The translations under genes were made by a program, and so were the position numbers. A DNA stretch of 59,688 nucleotides, counting the filler, from Sphacelaria rigidula (lineage: Eukaryota): the NCBI GenBank assembly GCA_964200075.2. It is 10 parts of 10 records of this genome, joined end to end, with 100 filler letters (N's around TTAATTAATTAA, not from the genome) between each part and the next. Parts side by side here need not be neighbours in the genome. Positions count along the whole stretch, not along the records: positions 11,959 to 17,837 come from CAXNAA020023780.1; positions 17,938 to 23,816 come from CAXNAA020023781.1; positions 23,917 to 29,795 come from CAXNAA020023782.1; 7 more parts are not named here. One strand, given 5' to 3'. The notes beneath the pieces are model-generated. The model made no database searches. It worked only from the letters and a program-made list of their open reading frames with translations, and was not told the DNA's origin. This document shows positions 12,151-23,990 of this stretch, one piece after another (position 1 is the stretch's first letter; each line of letters starts with the position of its first letter).

Positions 12151-13166
12151 TGGGGTGGGGGGAGGGGGCAGGGGGTGGTTTGAGAAATCGCTTGTCCGGT
12201 CAAAAGTTAGACTGGACGCTAGAATCCTCTCGGAAAGTACAGCAAGGTTTCTCGAGGTATCACAACACGCGAACCCCCGTATTCGGGCAGAAATCGGTGC
12301 TGAATCGCCCAAATAGGCTGTTTTTATTTATGTTTCTTTTTCGCAGCACAAAAGGCGGACTTGGACCACCGGGCGCGGCGACTCAGTTTGTATACCGAAA
12401 AATCTGGGGTCATGACGCTTCCCGAATACAAGTTCCTGAGGCCAATTTTACGGACTCGATTGTTTCGCCGAAGACGCGTTCACGTGGCACTCATAGATAT
12501 ATACGATATATATATATATAATGTTTCGGCGGCTTACGCCACCACGCTAAATGGATCGAGGTTCAAAATCCTCAGAAGTGGCGATAGTGTACGACATTAT
12601 CCTGTTACAGTACATTACATCACTACACTGTTGATGAAATACACCCAGTCACAGATACCGCAGCTTACGGTGTACAACTGTACGGTCCTGTACCGGTTTC
12701 GTCGTGTCGTTAAAGCACCACACATGCACCGCCACGTCAAGACACACAGCGGTATATGAGCGCACCGAGCAATCCGTGGTCCCTTTGCTTTCCGGGACTG
12801 TCGGCATCATTTTTACATGGAAGAGAACTGAAAATGATGCCGATTCAACAAATGATGCACCTCTGGCGGTCAAATGGTCAGAAAGGTCGCGGTCAACTTG
12901 AGACTAAGACAGGTAGCCGTAGCTGAAAAAGGTAGCCGTAAGGTACGTCTGGTTGCTTGAAGAACAGAGGCGAGCAAACAGATGGACGCGCGCAACACAT
13001 CGCAACACCATGCAGGACATAGCGCGGAAAGCAGGCGTACTCCAAACACAAACAGAACGCACGCTGAAGGCGAGCGAAGAGTGGCCTGTCAGCACAAGGG
13101 ACATTGCAGAAACAGAACGCGTTCTAACATCAAATAAAGGTAAAATGGCGGCCTTTCAGGGCTTAA

Positions 13167-13914
13167 CCCGTAGACAGCGATCCCCCCGCAGGTGGACTGA
13201 GTTGGACGATGCCACATTTGGGGTTCCGAACAGCTCTTTTCCCGCTACAGAAAACCCTTTTTTTTATGAACGTGTGGATGTTTGGTGTCTATATATAAAG
13301 CGGTACCGGAGGAACCCTGACCGGTTTTGACCCTGCAGCCTATTGCGTGCAGAGTCAGTGTGTGTGCTGTATGTCTTCGCTGGACAAAACGACAAGTAAC
13401 AGTCAGCGTGCCATCGCTCTGGACCGAACACAGTCTACTACTCCATGAAGCTGTTACCTCTGCTTAATGCTCTAGAACAGCACTACAGGTAGTGTGAAGC
13501 TTTGCTGGTAACATATGCGAGGGGTCAGCCAGGCAGTACAGACCACGAGCAGAGTACAAAGCACATCATTTCAGCCCATGCAGTCTATGGCTGAATTGCC
13601 AAGACCAAAATTAGAATATACGGCTAGACAGCGAAGAAATCCACCTGTAGTCCACTTGAAGGGGAACAAAGTGTCAATTTCGATAGCCGCGATTGCTCAG
13701 AACGTTCACTCCGCTCCTGTCGGGCCTCGTTCCTGGCTTATAGTTTTCCGTGAGAAACTTCCGAATACACATGGTTGACTTGGTGAACTATTAGGCTGCT
13801 CTGCGGACAGACACCTCCCCCACAAGAAGCACCCCCCCGCTCCTGGAAACCCCCGGATGTCTCTGGACTGTCAGACTGTGAAACTATTCCGAGGCGACGC
13901 TCGCTGTCTGAGGG
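13167..13914. mobile_element. ~750-bp non-autonomous piggyBac-type element (copy 1)
   Basis: TTAA|CCCGTAGACAGCGA ... TCGCTGTCTGAGGG|TTGA. Colinear (inverted) with 14415-15135 and 56359-57666. Confidence 0.82.
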
Positions 13915-14414
13915 TTGAGGGATGGAAACATGACCGGTCTGCAGCCCAGAAAATTCTCCTGCTGGAGTATGAGGGAAAAGTGAACATTATTTAAGTGTTG
14001 CAGACCTGTAGCATTGGCAGTGTATCGTTGAAATGTGTCTGCCAAGAGACCAGTCCCTTTGTCAGTGTGGCATGCTCTTGCTTTTGTCGAATGACTGGAA
14101 TTTGAAAAATGTGTCGTGGAGTACAATCGATAATATGCAGGAACGGCCATACCAGGCTGATAGCACCACATCCCGCCCGCTCTGTGAAGTTAAGCGGCAT
14201 CGGGCCGGATTCGTACTACGATGAGGGACCACGTGGGAAGCCCCGGTGCTGGTCCTTTCCCCTGTAATCTCCTTTCAGTCTACTCTGTCTATTCCGCCTT
14301 TCTGTTGCCTTCACTTTTCTTCAGCAAGTGTTTCTATGTTGCTTTTACCTCGGGTACGTCTATTATGTCGATAATGACCACGATTGGACCATGACTACCT
14401 TGGGGATCAGTCAA

Positions 14415-15135
14415 GCCTTAGGCAGCGAGCGTCGCCTCAGAACAGTTTCACACGCCGACAGTCCAGGAACATCCGGGGGATTCCCGGGGGTGAGGACCTG
14501 TTCACAGAACAGCCGAAAAGCCCACCACGTGAACCATGTGCATTTGGAAGTTTCCCGCGGAAAATTACAAGCCAGGAACGAGGCCCGAGAGGAGCGGAGT
14601 GACTATTCTGACCAACCATGGCTATCAAAGTGGTCATTTTGTTCCCGTACACGTGGACTGCAGGTGGACTACTTCGCTGTCTAGCCGTATTTTTCATCTT
14701 GGTCTTGGAAATCCAACCATAGACTGCATGGGCTCAGATAACGTGTTTTGTACTCTGCTCGTGGTCTGTGCCGCCTGCCTGACCCCTCGCATATGTTACT
14801 AGCATAGCTTCACACCATTGTGTGTAGTGTTGTTGTGGGACACTAAGCAAAGGTATCAACTGCATGCAGTTGACTGTGTTCGGTCCAGAGCGATAGTACG
14901 CTGACTGTTTCTTGTCGTTGTACCCAGCGGAGACATAAAGCACACACACAGACTCTGCACGCAGTAGGCTGCAGGGTCAAAACCGGTCAGGGTTCCTCCG
15001 GCACTATTTTCTAAATAGATGCCAAATATCCACGTGTTGATAGAAAAAGGGGTTTTCTGTAGCGGGAAAAGAGCTGTTCTGATCCCCAAATGTGGCATAG
15101 TCCAACTCAGTCCACCTGCGGGGGGGGGTCGATCT
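14415..15135. mobile_element. ~720-bp non-autonomous piggyBac-type element (copy 2, inverted relative to copy 1)
   Basis: TCAA|GCCTTAGGCAGCGAGCGTCGCCTC... to ...CCAACTCAGTCCACCTGCGGGGGG; diverged reverse complement of 13167-13914. Confidence 0.8.
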
Positions 15136-15629
15136 ATCGAACCTCAGTTTTTCCTGCATGTACCGCAGTGTATAGAGCATTCCTCCACCGACGCTCGTAT
15201 TTCTACCGCGTTCTTCTCTGCAGCACGTACTCCGTGTGTCCCACGGCGTTATTTGATTTTTCACTTTCTTTTCAATGTGTGTACGATTGTGTGTGATTTC
15301 TGCGCCTGGCCTTTTCCATATGAACCCATGCTGCAGGGGCCAGCCATTTCTAGTTATATTTCATTAGATTCCATTGGGACCGGTCTTTTTTTCCCTTGCC
15401 TTTCCCTTTTCCGCTTTGTTTTTGTTTCTGTTTTTGATTTTTTTTTTTCCCCTCCTTTTATCATCTTTTTGTTCACCTTGGGTGCGTCTATCTTGCGGAT
15501 GATGATCATGGCTGGATCATGACCACCTCGAGGATCAGTGAGTGTGCGACAATCGATTGATTAATTAAACAATCTTGACCAATCCACCCATTGTTGCCCG
15601 TTTCATTCCTCGACCTGCGGATACGTCAG

Positions 15630-15739
15630 CGTGGCGATGGCTGAGCTCGGTTACACCCCTTGGCTACGCGTTCGAGGCGTTACTCATCAACGAGTTTAGC
15701 GACAAAGGCGGAATCAGACCGTACCGGATTGAGGGCAGT
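15630..15739 (+). CDS. Internal exon of an ABCG (ABC-2 type membrane domain) transporter
   Basis: CAG acceptor at 15627-15629 and GTGAGT donor at 15740. Encodes AWRWLSSVTPLGYAFEALLINEFSDKGGIRPYRIEGS, matching the conserved W.W...SP..Y.FEAL..NEF motif of ABCG/PDR proteins. Confidence 0.85.
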
Positions 15740-16149
15740 GTGAGTACAGTGGGGTCCGGGATTCAGTCACAGTGCGGGCCTCTAAAGTGCGAGGTCCCGC
15801 TACAGTGCACTCGAATTCTCTATTTGACACACAAGCCCGAGCCGCTATTTTGTTTTCAAGTAGCTGTAGTATACCTTTTCAGTGCGGGGTCCCCATTGTA
15901 GTACAGCCATAGGAGTTTGGCAAGCCCACCGCATCACGGTATGGTGGGCCCCCCACTGCCTGTGTGTGAAAATATGAAATGGAAAAGGACACGACACAGC
16001 TATGATACTGACTCATTCAGTGCAAAGAAAAAGAGCGTTGGAAGGGAGGCAAGAACGGCCTGCATGACAGGATATGTATGCTACTTCAACGTGGAGTTTT
16101 ATTCTTTATTTTTTTCATCATGTTGATGTTCACCACGGGTCTGGGCCGA

Positions 16150-16760
16150 TTTTACGACCCGTCCATCCGAAGGTTCATCATAGTGATGGAAGCTTGCCGT
16201 GTAGGTTTCTCATCGCCGTCGTTGATGATATCTTCACGCAAATATTGATAGTCATTTTGTGTACACTTTTTGTTATTCTCCAAATCGCGGCAGAAACACA
16301 GAGGCTGATTCCAGAGAGGCTCCTTGGAAGCAATCCTTGTGTAGAGAGCACGCTTCCGACGTTAGTGGAATTCCGTAACTCGGGCCCTCTAGATAACATG
16401 CGCGAGAGTTCATCCCCCCACGACCAACATGGTGCCAGCTGTCTGGCTCCTGACGAGAGACTCATTCACTGTAGCAGCATCATCCTGCGTGTGCCCCACA
16501 CTACATCCAGCGGCCCGAACTCTACGCCTAGAGCACCGGCATACCACTCGAGGAAGCCAATCTTTTGTTGGCGAGCGAAGTACCTCTTGCTAGTCTTGGT
16601 TGTACATCACAGTGGGGCAGCTTGTTCAGCAGTTCAGCTACGAACAATCCTTTATTTTTATTTTCTGACTCCATTACAGGATAAAAAGGATAGCGGGTAT
16701 GAATTGGCACATAAAGTGTCGAACGAAACAGGGTTTTTCATCATCACCATCTAGTTTTAT
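16150..16760 (-). mobile_element. Possible heavily decayed Ty1/Copia RT-RNase H remnant
   Basis: Fragments LYVPIHTRYP, KRYFAR, DDAATVNESLVRSQTAGTMLVVGG, ASKEPLW and QYLREDIINDG occur in the order expected for the Copia motifs TRPDI / KRILRY / DADYA..DRRS.SG / KEALW / HFLRE. Similarity is weak. Confidence 0.3.
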
Positions 16761-17031
16761 GAGAAAGGGGTTCCGTGGAAGTCCGAGTCGCGGCACTCGA
16801 GCAACGAAGCCCATTGGTCAACAAGCACGTGATTTCGACATGCCAACTTTAGACAAAAAAACCCCCATGAAACAACGTGTTTCCCCTTCGCCGTCCTTGA
16901 TTACAGCGTAGGTGTAGGTACGTATAACAGTAGTTGGACGAAATTAGGTCACAGATGTTGGATAATGACGGTCTCCTTCGAGAGGAAGGGGTTGGTGGAA
17001 ATCCCGGTAGAGTTTGTGGGGGTGTGCTCAC

Positions 17032-17359
17032 CACTTGGTTGACGAAGGAATTTCTCGGAAACATATTTTGAAAATAGCGCTAACCCTAACCTTGAGCCTA
17101 ACCCCAACCTTAACGTTAACCCTAACCCTAACCCAAGGCATGCCGAGAGCCCTCGGTCGACGGGGGTACGAAGTGTTCCCTAGGCAATGTGTGGCGTTGG
17201 CAGACCTCAAAACGACGCCACAGGCGCCGATTATGACGAAAACGCGTTCTGCGCACGCGAGGGGCAGTTTGGGCTGTCAGCCCCGATAAAGATCCGAATA
17301 TCAGTGCTTATACTCAAATTCAGTAGTAAAATTCCGGGAAGGTTATAATCGACCAAGTG
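17032..17359. mobile_element. Short TIR element (CACTTGGTTGA...TCGACCAAGTG) containing a telomere-like (CCCTAA)n tract
   Basis: 11-bp TIRs with one mismatch; degenerate CCCTAA repeats at 17080-17134; related copy at 56611-57043. Confidence 0.7.
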
Positions 17360-17837
17360 GCAAAGACTACCGAATTTGTGCGAGAAGCCGATATTGCACG
17401 TTTGTATGTGCGGAAAATGTCAAGAGTGTTGTGTACTGGGGCATTTCCGTTGATTGAAATGACCCAGTAGTTGTGCAGAGGAACAGAAACCAAGCTGCTA
17501 TGGGAACACGAAAACTGAAAACAGTTTTAGATATGGTAACTCCGTTATTATCCTATATATTATTAGACTAAATGTCTCCCCGCTCGATACTGGAATCAAG
17601 TAAGTGTGTGATCCTTCTCGGAACACTAATTTACGTCAAACGCACGGCTGAAGAGGATAAAATAGTTACCCTTCTCTATCAAACTGCAAATGCAGGTCGG
17701 AAGATATATCGCGGGGAACGATCAAGTTGAATGAGTACCCATTAAATTTTGAAAACCCAGTATTCTGTATACTACCAATCCGACACATCGCACCCGTGCA
17801 CAGTAATCCAGTGTTTCACTGACAGAGGAGAGCTCAA

Positions 17838-17937
17838 NNNNNNNNNNNNNNNNNNNNNNNNNNNNNNNNNNNNNNNNNNNNTTAATTAATTAANNNNNNN
17901 NNNNNNNNNNNNNNNNNNNNNNNNNNNNNNNNNNNNN
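17838..17937. other. Artificial contig linker
   Basis: 44 N + TTAATTAATTAA + 44 N. Confidence 0.98.
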
Positions 17938-18310
17938 CTACGGGCTGTGTAAGTGTATTCCGCGTGTCGCGGTGCCGATGCAAGGCACATGGGACGAACG
18001 CGGGCGGGTAGGCAAATCGCAGCTGGAGGTGGACATGAGCTACTATGTCCAAGTCGCGACTTGGACATAGTAGCTTATGCCCCCCTCCAGTCGGGTGGCG
18101 GTATTTGTTTGGCAATGTGCAGCAGGAGCGTTTCTTCTTCGCCACGAGGCCGTTCGTACCGTGCGATGGCTTGAATGGTGGCTACGGGCCGTGTGGGTGT
18201 ATTCCGGGTGCTGTGGTGTCGATGCAAGGCACATGGGACGAACGCGGACAGATTTTCCAATCGCTGGAGGTGGACTTAACGTTTTCCAAGTCGCGACTTG
18301 GAAATAGCTC
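17938..18310. repeat. Truncated arm of the modular palindromic repeat family (~240-bp modules, TCCAAGTCGCGACTTGGA core)
   Basis: 68-bp near-perfect palindrome at 18023-18090. Same modules as 20283-22137. Confidence 0.85.
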
Positions 18311-18549
18311 TACCCTTTTTCTTATTCTATTTTTTGTCTTTGCTGCTCCTGACCACGGGCTGGATTGTTGCAATAAGCCAACGTCAGATAGTCAATGAAA
18401 AACAAATACCTCCTAGTCGAATGAGCCGATGGCGCCTCGTTACCTTTTTTAAAAAACCTTCTTGAGCCTCGCCGAGAACAGTAGAGGTATCGACAGGCGG
18501 GCGCATCTCTTGTACCACCTACAACTATTCCAAAGTTGTTCGTTTAACT

Positions 18550-19680
18550 CACCGTCGACATCATCCGGCTGCGGTGCGTCAAAGTAGTTGTGAAGAGTCA
18601 CGATCAGCTGCTGACCCTCTATCTTGTCGTCGTCCTCTGATTCGATGGCCTCCTTGAGCATCGCGGGAAGAGTCGCCCTTAGACCTTGAACGGCCCTGTC
18701 TACTAGCTCTTCCGGGGACAGGTCGGTGTTGGGATCGCCCTGTGGTGCAGGTCGTGCAAGACATCAGCAGCGTATGACGTACAATAAGCGCAACGTCCGA
18801 TATCATGATCACCAGTAGTGCGTGGTGTGGTACTGTCCCACGCGAAACGAACTTTGCCCCACCATGAGGATGTCAGTGGGGATTAATGCGATGATGATCG
18901 TCGCCCGCTAGAGCATGACTCGCACCACATGGTGAATTACAGCCAACATCCGACCGCGTGGATGAACGATCGAGAACCGATGTAAGACGCATAAACTTTC
19001 GCCTTTGTCGAGAGCATATTCTTCCATCGAGATCAACCTAGACCGAGAAGAGAAACGCCAAGAAATATCACATCGACTTCATGAGTCTACGATCCGGTAG
19101 GTTACTTAAGTCTCTATGTCTGCGTCGGCTTGGATCTGTGTAAAGCAGACGAAATGTCGAAACATTCCACGATAGCGGAGAGCGGGTGATTCCACGAAAA
19201 ACAGGGCTCACAGGTGTGTCGGACGATCTAACCACTCGCGGTGCACTTGTATTCAGGTAAAAACGCTGTCAAGTATTATGAATGAGTGTGTCGTGTTGGT
19301 GACAGACGCGTTCGAACAAACGTTGTTGCTTTCAACGACAATTTGAGGTGGAATTTTCGTGGATGAAATGGCCCCGAATAGCACCCCCCCTCTGCAGGGG
19401 CGGTATTGGAGAGACGAGCAAACCTCTGTGACCACGGGTTCGAAAGATCGGACTGATGTGCGGAAATAGTAATAATGAGAAAAAAACTCCTACCATCACC
19501 CTGCTGGAGGAAAACAAAATGTACCTTGCCAATGTATGTATTCCACCAGTCGTACAGCGTACCACCGCCCAAGTCCGCAGCCATCACATACGCCATCGCT
19601 ATGCCCGTAATCCACACGTGGAACTGGGTCACCGTCTTGTCCTCGAGAGAAGGGTGAATGTCTTCGACTGCGCACGTACA
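18550..19680 (-). pseudogene. Possible intron-containing DNA-transposase relic (Sola3-like, tentative)
   Basis: Fragments LEDKTVTQFHVWI, GRSFFL.I, RLSNTAPAEGG, YIGSRSFIHAV..SPCGASHAL, DHDIGRCAYC and LSPEELVDRAVQGLRATLPAMLKEAIE, with a GTGAGT donor near 18550. Motif order recalls (from memory, unverified) the GLDN..A.G / C..HC..AL / H...C..C region of Sola3-type transposases. Confidence 0.3.
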
Positions 19681-20282
19681 CATACACGCGCGCATGCGAT
19701 GTGTGGTGAGCGGATCGGTGTTGATTGTATCACGGGCACAGGCGAATCACAGACACAGAGAGAGCAAGAAGCAGAGTGACGGAGCTTGAGAGGGTGACCA
19801 CGATCGCTCCGTTCCCGTCTGTACGCACTTTCGGAGTAGTGCCTACGGATCGTTAGAGACGCCTAACGAGTAGATACAGCGATCGAGCGTCATCCCGAGG
19901 CAGCGTGTCGTAGCTGCCGCAGCTGTTGCAGATGTACCAAAGGAGCCTATCCTAGCGGTAATGAGCAACATACGAACTTCGATCTCGTAGCAGGAGAGAA
20001 ATACAATATTTTGTCACATGTCGAGTATTTGTCGTTGTTCGACGGGCGATATCAACAACCTACCATGGTTCGCCTCTATCTACACTACTTGGCTCGACAT
20101 CGTCTGTCACTCCGTGGGCGTGGCTGTTTCGCGGACTACGGTGTGGGGCACTGCTTCTATTTGTGGCGTCTTCTCGTGCGATGGCTACGCTCGAAATTGT
20201 ATGCATAGCGCTCGTCTCATGCCACCATCGTAACAACCTCTGCATATTCGACCGTAAATGCATCGCGATTCATTCTGCCCAT

Positions 20283-22137
20283 GAGTATTCCTATTTCCAA
20301 GTCATAGTAATGTCCACCTCCAGCTGCGATTTGCCTACCCGCCCGCGTTCGTCCCATGTGCCTTGCATCGGCACCGCGACACGCGGAATACACTTACACA
20401 GCCCGTAGCCATCGTCCAAGCCGTCGCTCGGTACAAACGGCACGTTGCAGTCGAGAATCGCACCTGGTGCTCAATGCCAAAAAATACCCCCAACTGACTG
20501 GAGGCGGACATAAGCTACCATGTCCAAGTCGCGAGTTGGACATAGCGCATGTCCATCTCCAGGGAGTGGAATACCTGTCCGCGCTCGTCCCATGTGACGT
20601 GTATCGACACCACAGCAGCTGCAATACACTCACACAGTCCGTAGCCATCGTTCAAGCCATCGTGCGGTGCAGACGGCGTCGTAGCGGACGGAAAACGCGC
20701 CTGCTACACACAAGGCCAAAAAATACCGCCAACCGACTGGAGGTGGACATGAGCTATGTCCAAGTCGCGACTTGGCGAGTTGGACATAGCTTACGTCCAA
20801 CTCCAGCGAGTGGAATACCCGTTCGTGCTCGTCCCATGTGCCTTGCATCGACACCACAGTAGCTGCATTACACTCACACATTTCGTAGCCACCGTTCAAG
20901 CAATCGTGGGGTGCAAACGACCTCATAGCAGAATAGAAACGAGCCTGCTGCACACAGGACCAAAGAATACAACTGCCCGAACCTGGACTTGGACATAGCT
21001 TTTGTCGAAAACGTGACGTAGGCAACTTGGACGTACGTCATATTGGCTGGAGGCATGGGAGCACGTTATCATGTGCTTGCGGTTAATAGCAGTTGCGTTG
21101 CAGAGAAAAACGCTGACAGGTGATCGCCGCTGGTACGTTCTACCCGCATTGTTCCGCGATGCACTGAGATTTTAGCCAGCGTGATTAGCATGCATCTACA
21201 GGCAGTGTTCAGTGGCCTAGAAATGTACAAGTTGCTCAGCTGTTTCGCCTCGCACGTTATCTACGTACGCTGCCCGTGTAATCTGGGGCTGCTGGCTACG
21301 AAGTGCGGATAACGTGTACCGGCCACGAAGATGGCTCCATGACTCGACCCGTTCTTCGTCGCACCGGCGATGTCCTCGGCACACAACTAGTGGGTCGATT
21401 TCCCACGGCTGTAGGAGCTGCGAGGAAGCAGACCAATGTTGTATACCTATAGTCTCAAAGGCTAGAGCATTGTTACAGCTTCGTGATACTGCTCCCGCGT
21501 GCATTGGCTTCGCACCCCACGATGGCTTGAACGGTGGCTACGGACTGTGTGAGTGTATTGTGATACACGTCATATGGGACGAGCGCGGACAGGTATTCCA
21601 CTCGCTGTAGTTGGACACACAGTAGCTTATTATGTCCACCTCCAGTCGGGTGGTGGTATGTTTTGGCCCTGTGTGTAGCAGGCGCGTTTCCCGTCCGCTA
21701 CGACGCCCTTTGCACCGCACGATAGCTTGAACGATGGCTACGGACTGTGTGAGTGTATTGTAGCTGCTGTGGTGTCGATACACGTCACATGGGACGAGCG
21801 CGGACAGGTATTCAACTCGCTGGAGATGGACATGAGCCATGTCCAACTGGAAACTTGGATATGGTAGCTCTTGTCCGCCTCCAGACGGTTGGCGGTATTT
21901 TTTAGCACTGTGCAGCAGGCGCATTTCTTTACCGCAACAAGGCCTTTTTCGCTGTGCGACGGCTTGAACGAGGGCTACGGGCTGTGTGAGTGTGTTCCGG
22001 GTGTTATGGTGCCGATGCCAGGCACATGAGACGAACGCGGGCGCATAGTCAAATCCCAGCTGGAGGTGGACATGTTTTGTTTCAAGTCGCGACTTGTACA
22101 TAAGCTATGTCCATGTCGCGACTTGGAAATAGCACTC
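20283..22137. mobile_element. Foldback-type element with ~700-bp modular inverted arms
   Basis: Arm 20283-21010 (three ~240-bp modules) is inverted relative to arm 21500-22137. Termini are GAGT..CTATTTCCAAGTC and GACTTGGAAATAGCACTC. Confidence 0.72.
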
Positions 22138-22139
22138 CC

Positions 22140-22500
22140 CTTCGCACATCCTGTACAAACGATTTCCAAGTCCATGATGGACAACGCCCAGTTACCTCTG
22201 AACACCGGGCTGGTTGATCCGGAGGTGGTGGAAGCTACGCTGTACGGATGGTCTACGTGGATGCTGCGTTCCGAGGTCGTCACGAGTCTGCGCGTTGCCT
22301 ACCACAAGTTTTTGCTGCGAGTGGCTGGATTCTGTACGAAAACAACGAACTTATTTCAAAAGTACTTCGTGTGGATATATGTTCGAGATGACCAACTGAG
22401 AGCATATCGAGACGGTCGTCCGCATGCGCCAACTTCGGTTCGCGGGGGCTCTTGTGTGGTAGGATATAACGCGTCTTCCGAAGCGCATCATGCTCTGACG
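22140..22500 (+). mobile_element. RTE-clade LINE ORF2 C-terminal remnant
   Basis: EVVEATLYGWSTWML..SLRVAYHKFLLRVAGF, then (frameshifted) IETVVRMRQLRFAGALV..TRLPKRIML. These are typical RTE post-RT motifs (LLYG.ETW, RRL.W.GH..R....RLPK). Confidence 0.82.
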
Positions 22501-22538
22501 GTTTGCCGGAGAAGCGTCGAAGGAGGCCGGTCGGCGGT

Positions 22539-22676
22539 CCAATCACTGGGGGGGAACGCCTACAGGAGAACCCATGTACACTAGGGGATCTCCCACGCAA
22601 AAAACGTCCTAGCAGGTGGCTGGCGACCCAACCACTGGGGGGGAAAGCCTACAGGAGAACCCATGTACACTAGGGG
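22539..22676. repeat. Direct duplication of ~50 bp (CCAA.CACTGGGGGGGAA.GCCTACAGGAGAACCCATGTACACTAGGGG)
   Basis: Two near-identical copies about 88 bp apart. Confidence 0.85.
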
Positions 22677-22730
22677 GTTATCGACGCATAGGAGTGCGGC
22701 GGTAATAGCTTGTTAACGAGGTGGAGATCA

Positions 22731-23435
22731 GAGGGACACTTTTCACGATAGCCCCCCCCAAAAGTGCATGGTTTTGGGAGGCAAAGTCTTCACATAAACC
22801 GAAATGGGAAAAGCCGAGCACAACGATAAGCTCGGAATTCCCACGCTTGGGTTCGTTTTAGTTAGTGTCGCGAACATGAGGCGCCTCATGCAGCCTGAGC
22901 CCAAACATCAGCCGCTGTAGGGTCATTTGGTTCTGTCACACTTTTGAGCTGATTTCGTTTTGGGGGGGGGGCTATCGTAGGAAGTATCAGGGACGCATAC
23001 GATTGGATCAACGCAGCGAAGAAGATCATGGGCAAACGGCATCTTGGAGTCGAAAAAGCTGCTCCTCGAAGACGTGGCAACGGTAGCACTCTGGTGCCTT
23101 GCTCCCGTAGAGATGATAGGTGAGACCTCATGCCCACTTCGTGTCTTTCGAAATAGCTGGGCTCGCGGTCTGCTCCCGACACGTTTGACGGCATCCCCCC
23201 CCAAAACCAGCCCAGAAGTGTCACGAAACAAATAGCCTTTCAGCGCTTGATGTTTGGGGTCAGGCTGAATGGAGCGCCTCATGTTGGCGACATGGGCGAG
23301 AACGAACCCAAGCGTGGGGATTCCCAGCTACTCGTTGTGCTCGACTTTTTCCATCCCGATTTACGTGATGATTTTTTCTCCCGAAATCATGCACTTCTTG
23401 GGGGGGAGGAGGGGCTGTCATCGAAAGTGTCTCTC
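22731..23435. mobile_element. ~700-bp non-autonomous DNA transposon with ~250-bp TIRs and GAG...CTC termini
   Basis: GAGGGACACTTT...CCCACGCTTGGGTTCGTT...ATGAGGCGC.TC mirrors GAGCGCCTCAT...AACGAACCCAAGCGTGGG...AAAGTGTCTCTC. Partial copy at 29580-29770. Confidence 0.8.
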
Positions 23436-23816
23436 ATGGCACTTTTGTGCTGTCATGCGTATGGATGCATGTGCTTCGCGCACGGCCTATTTTCGCCTCA
23501 ATCCATGCTGATCGGGTCCGCTATTGCTAGTGTTTTGCGTTGTTGGTTCCATCCCATGGTTTACCCCATTCCTTCCTACTTCTCCGTTCTTCTCCGTTCC
23601 CTTCCTGCCTGTTTTTGTTCTGGTGTGGTTATTACTTCCTCATGTCACTCCTATATTTTGTTCCAAACTTTCGCTTCTTCGCTTTTCTTTTCCTTGACCA
23701 AGCGCTCACGTATTCTCTACCTCGCGTACGTGCATCGTGTGGCCACAGCTGGGTGGATCTCTCTGGTAACAGTTGATGCGCGACAATCGACTGTGAAACT
23801 TCAAAATCAAACACCA

Positions 23817-23916
23817 NNNNNNNNNNNNNNNNNNNNNNNNNNNNNNNNNNNNNNNNNNNNTTAATTAATTAANNNNNNNNNNNNNNNNNNNNNNNNNNNN
23901 NNNNNNNNNNNNNNNN
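23817..23916. other. Artificial contig linker
   Basis: 44 N + TTAATTAATTAA + 44 N. Confidence 0.98.
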
Positions 23917-23924
23917 GGGGGGGG

Positions 23925-23990
23925 CGCACTCATTTGTTGCTTGCCTTAGTCGTTTGACCATTGACCACGCATCCCTTTCGAGACGGAGCA
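23925..23990 (-). mobile_element. 5'-truncated LINE 3' end between G tracts
   Basis: CGCACTCATTTGTTGCTTGCCTTAGTCGTTTGACCATTGACCACGCATCCCTTTCGAGACGGAGCA. Confidence 0.85.

Noticed and set aside
10090..15739. Linking the SNARE and ABCG exons into one gene or cluster
   Set aside because: They lie on different contigs separated by an artificial linker.
16074..16754. 226-aa plus-strand ORF as a gene
   Set aside because: No recognisable domain; more likely the antisense shadow of a decayed retroelement fragment.
17938..22137. Regularly spaced palindromic repeats as a CRISPR-like array
   Set aside because: The sequence between palindromes is itself repeated (no unique spacers), the period is ~200-245 bp, there are no cas genes, and the context is eukaryotic.
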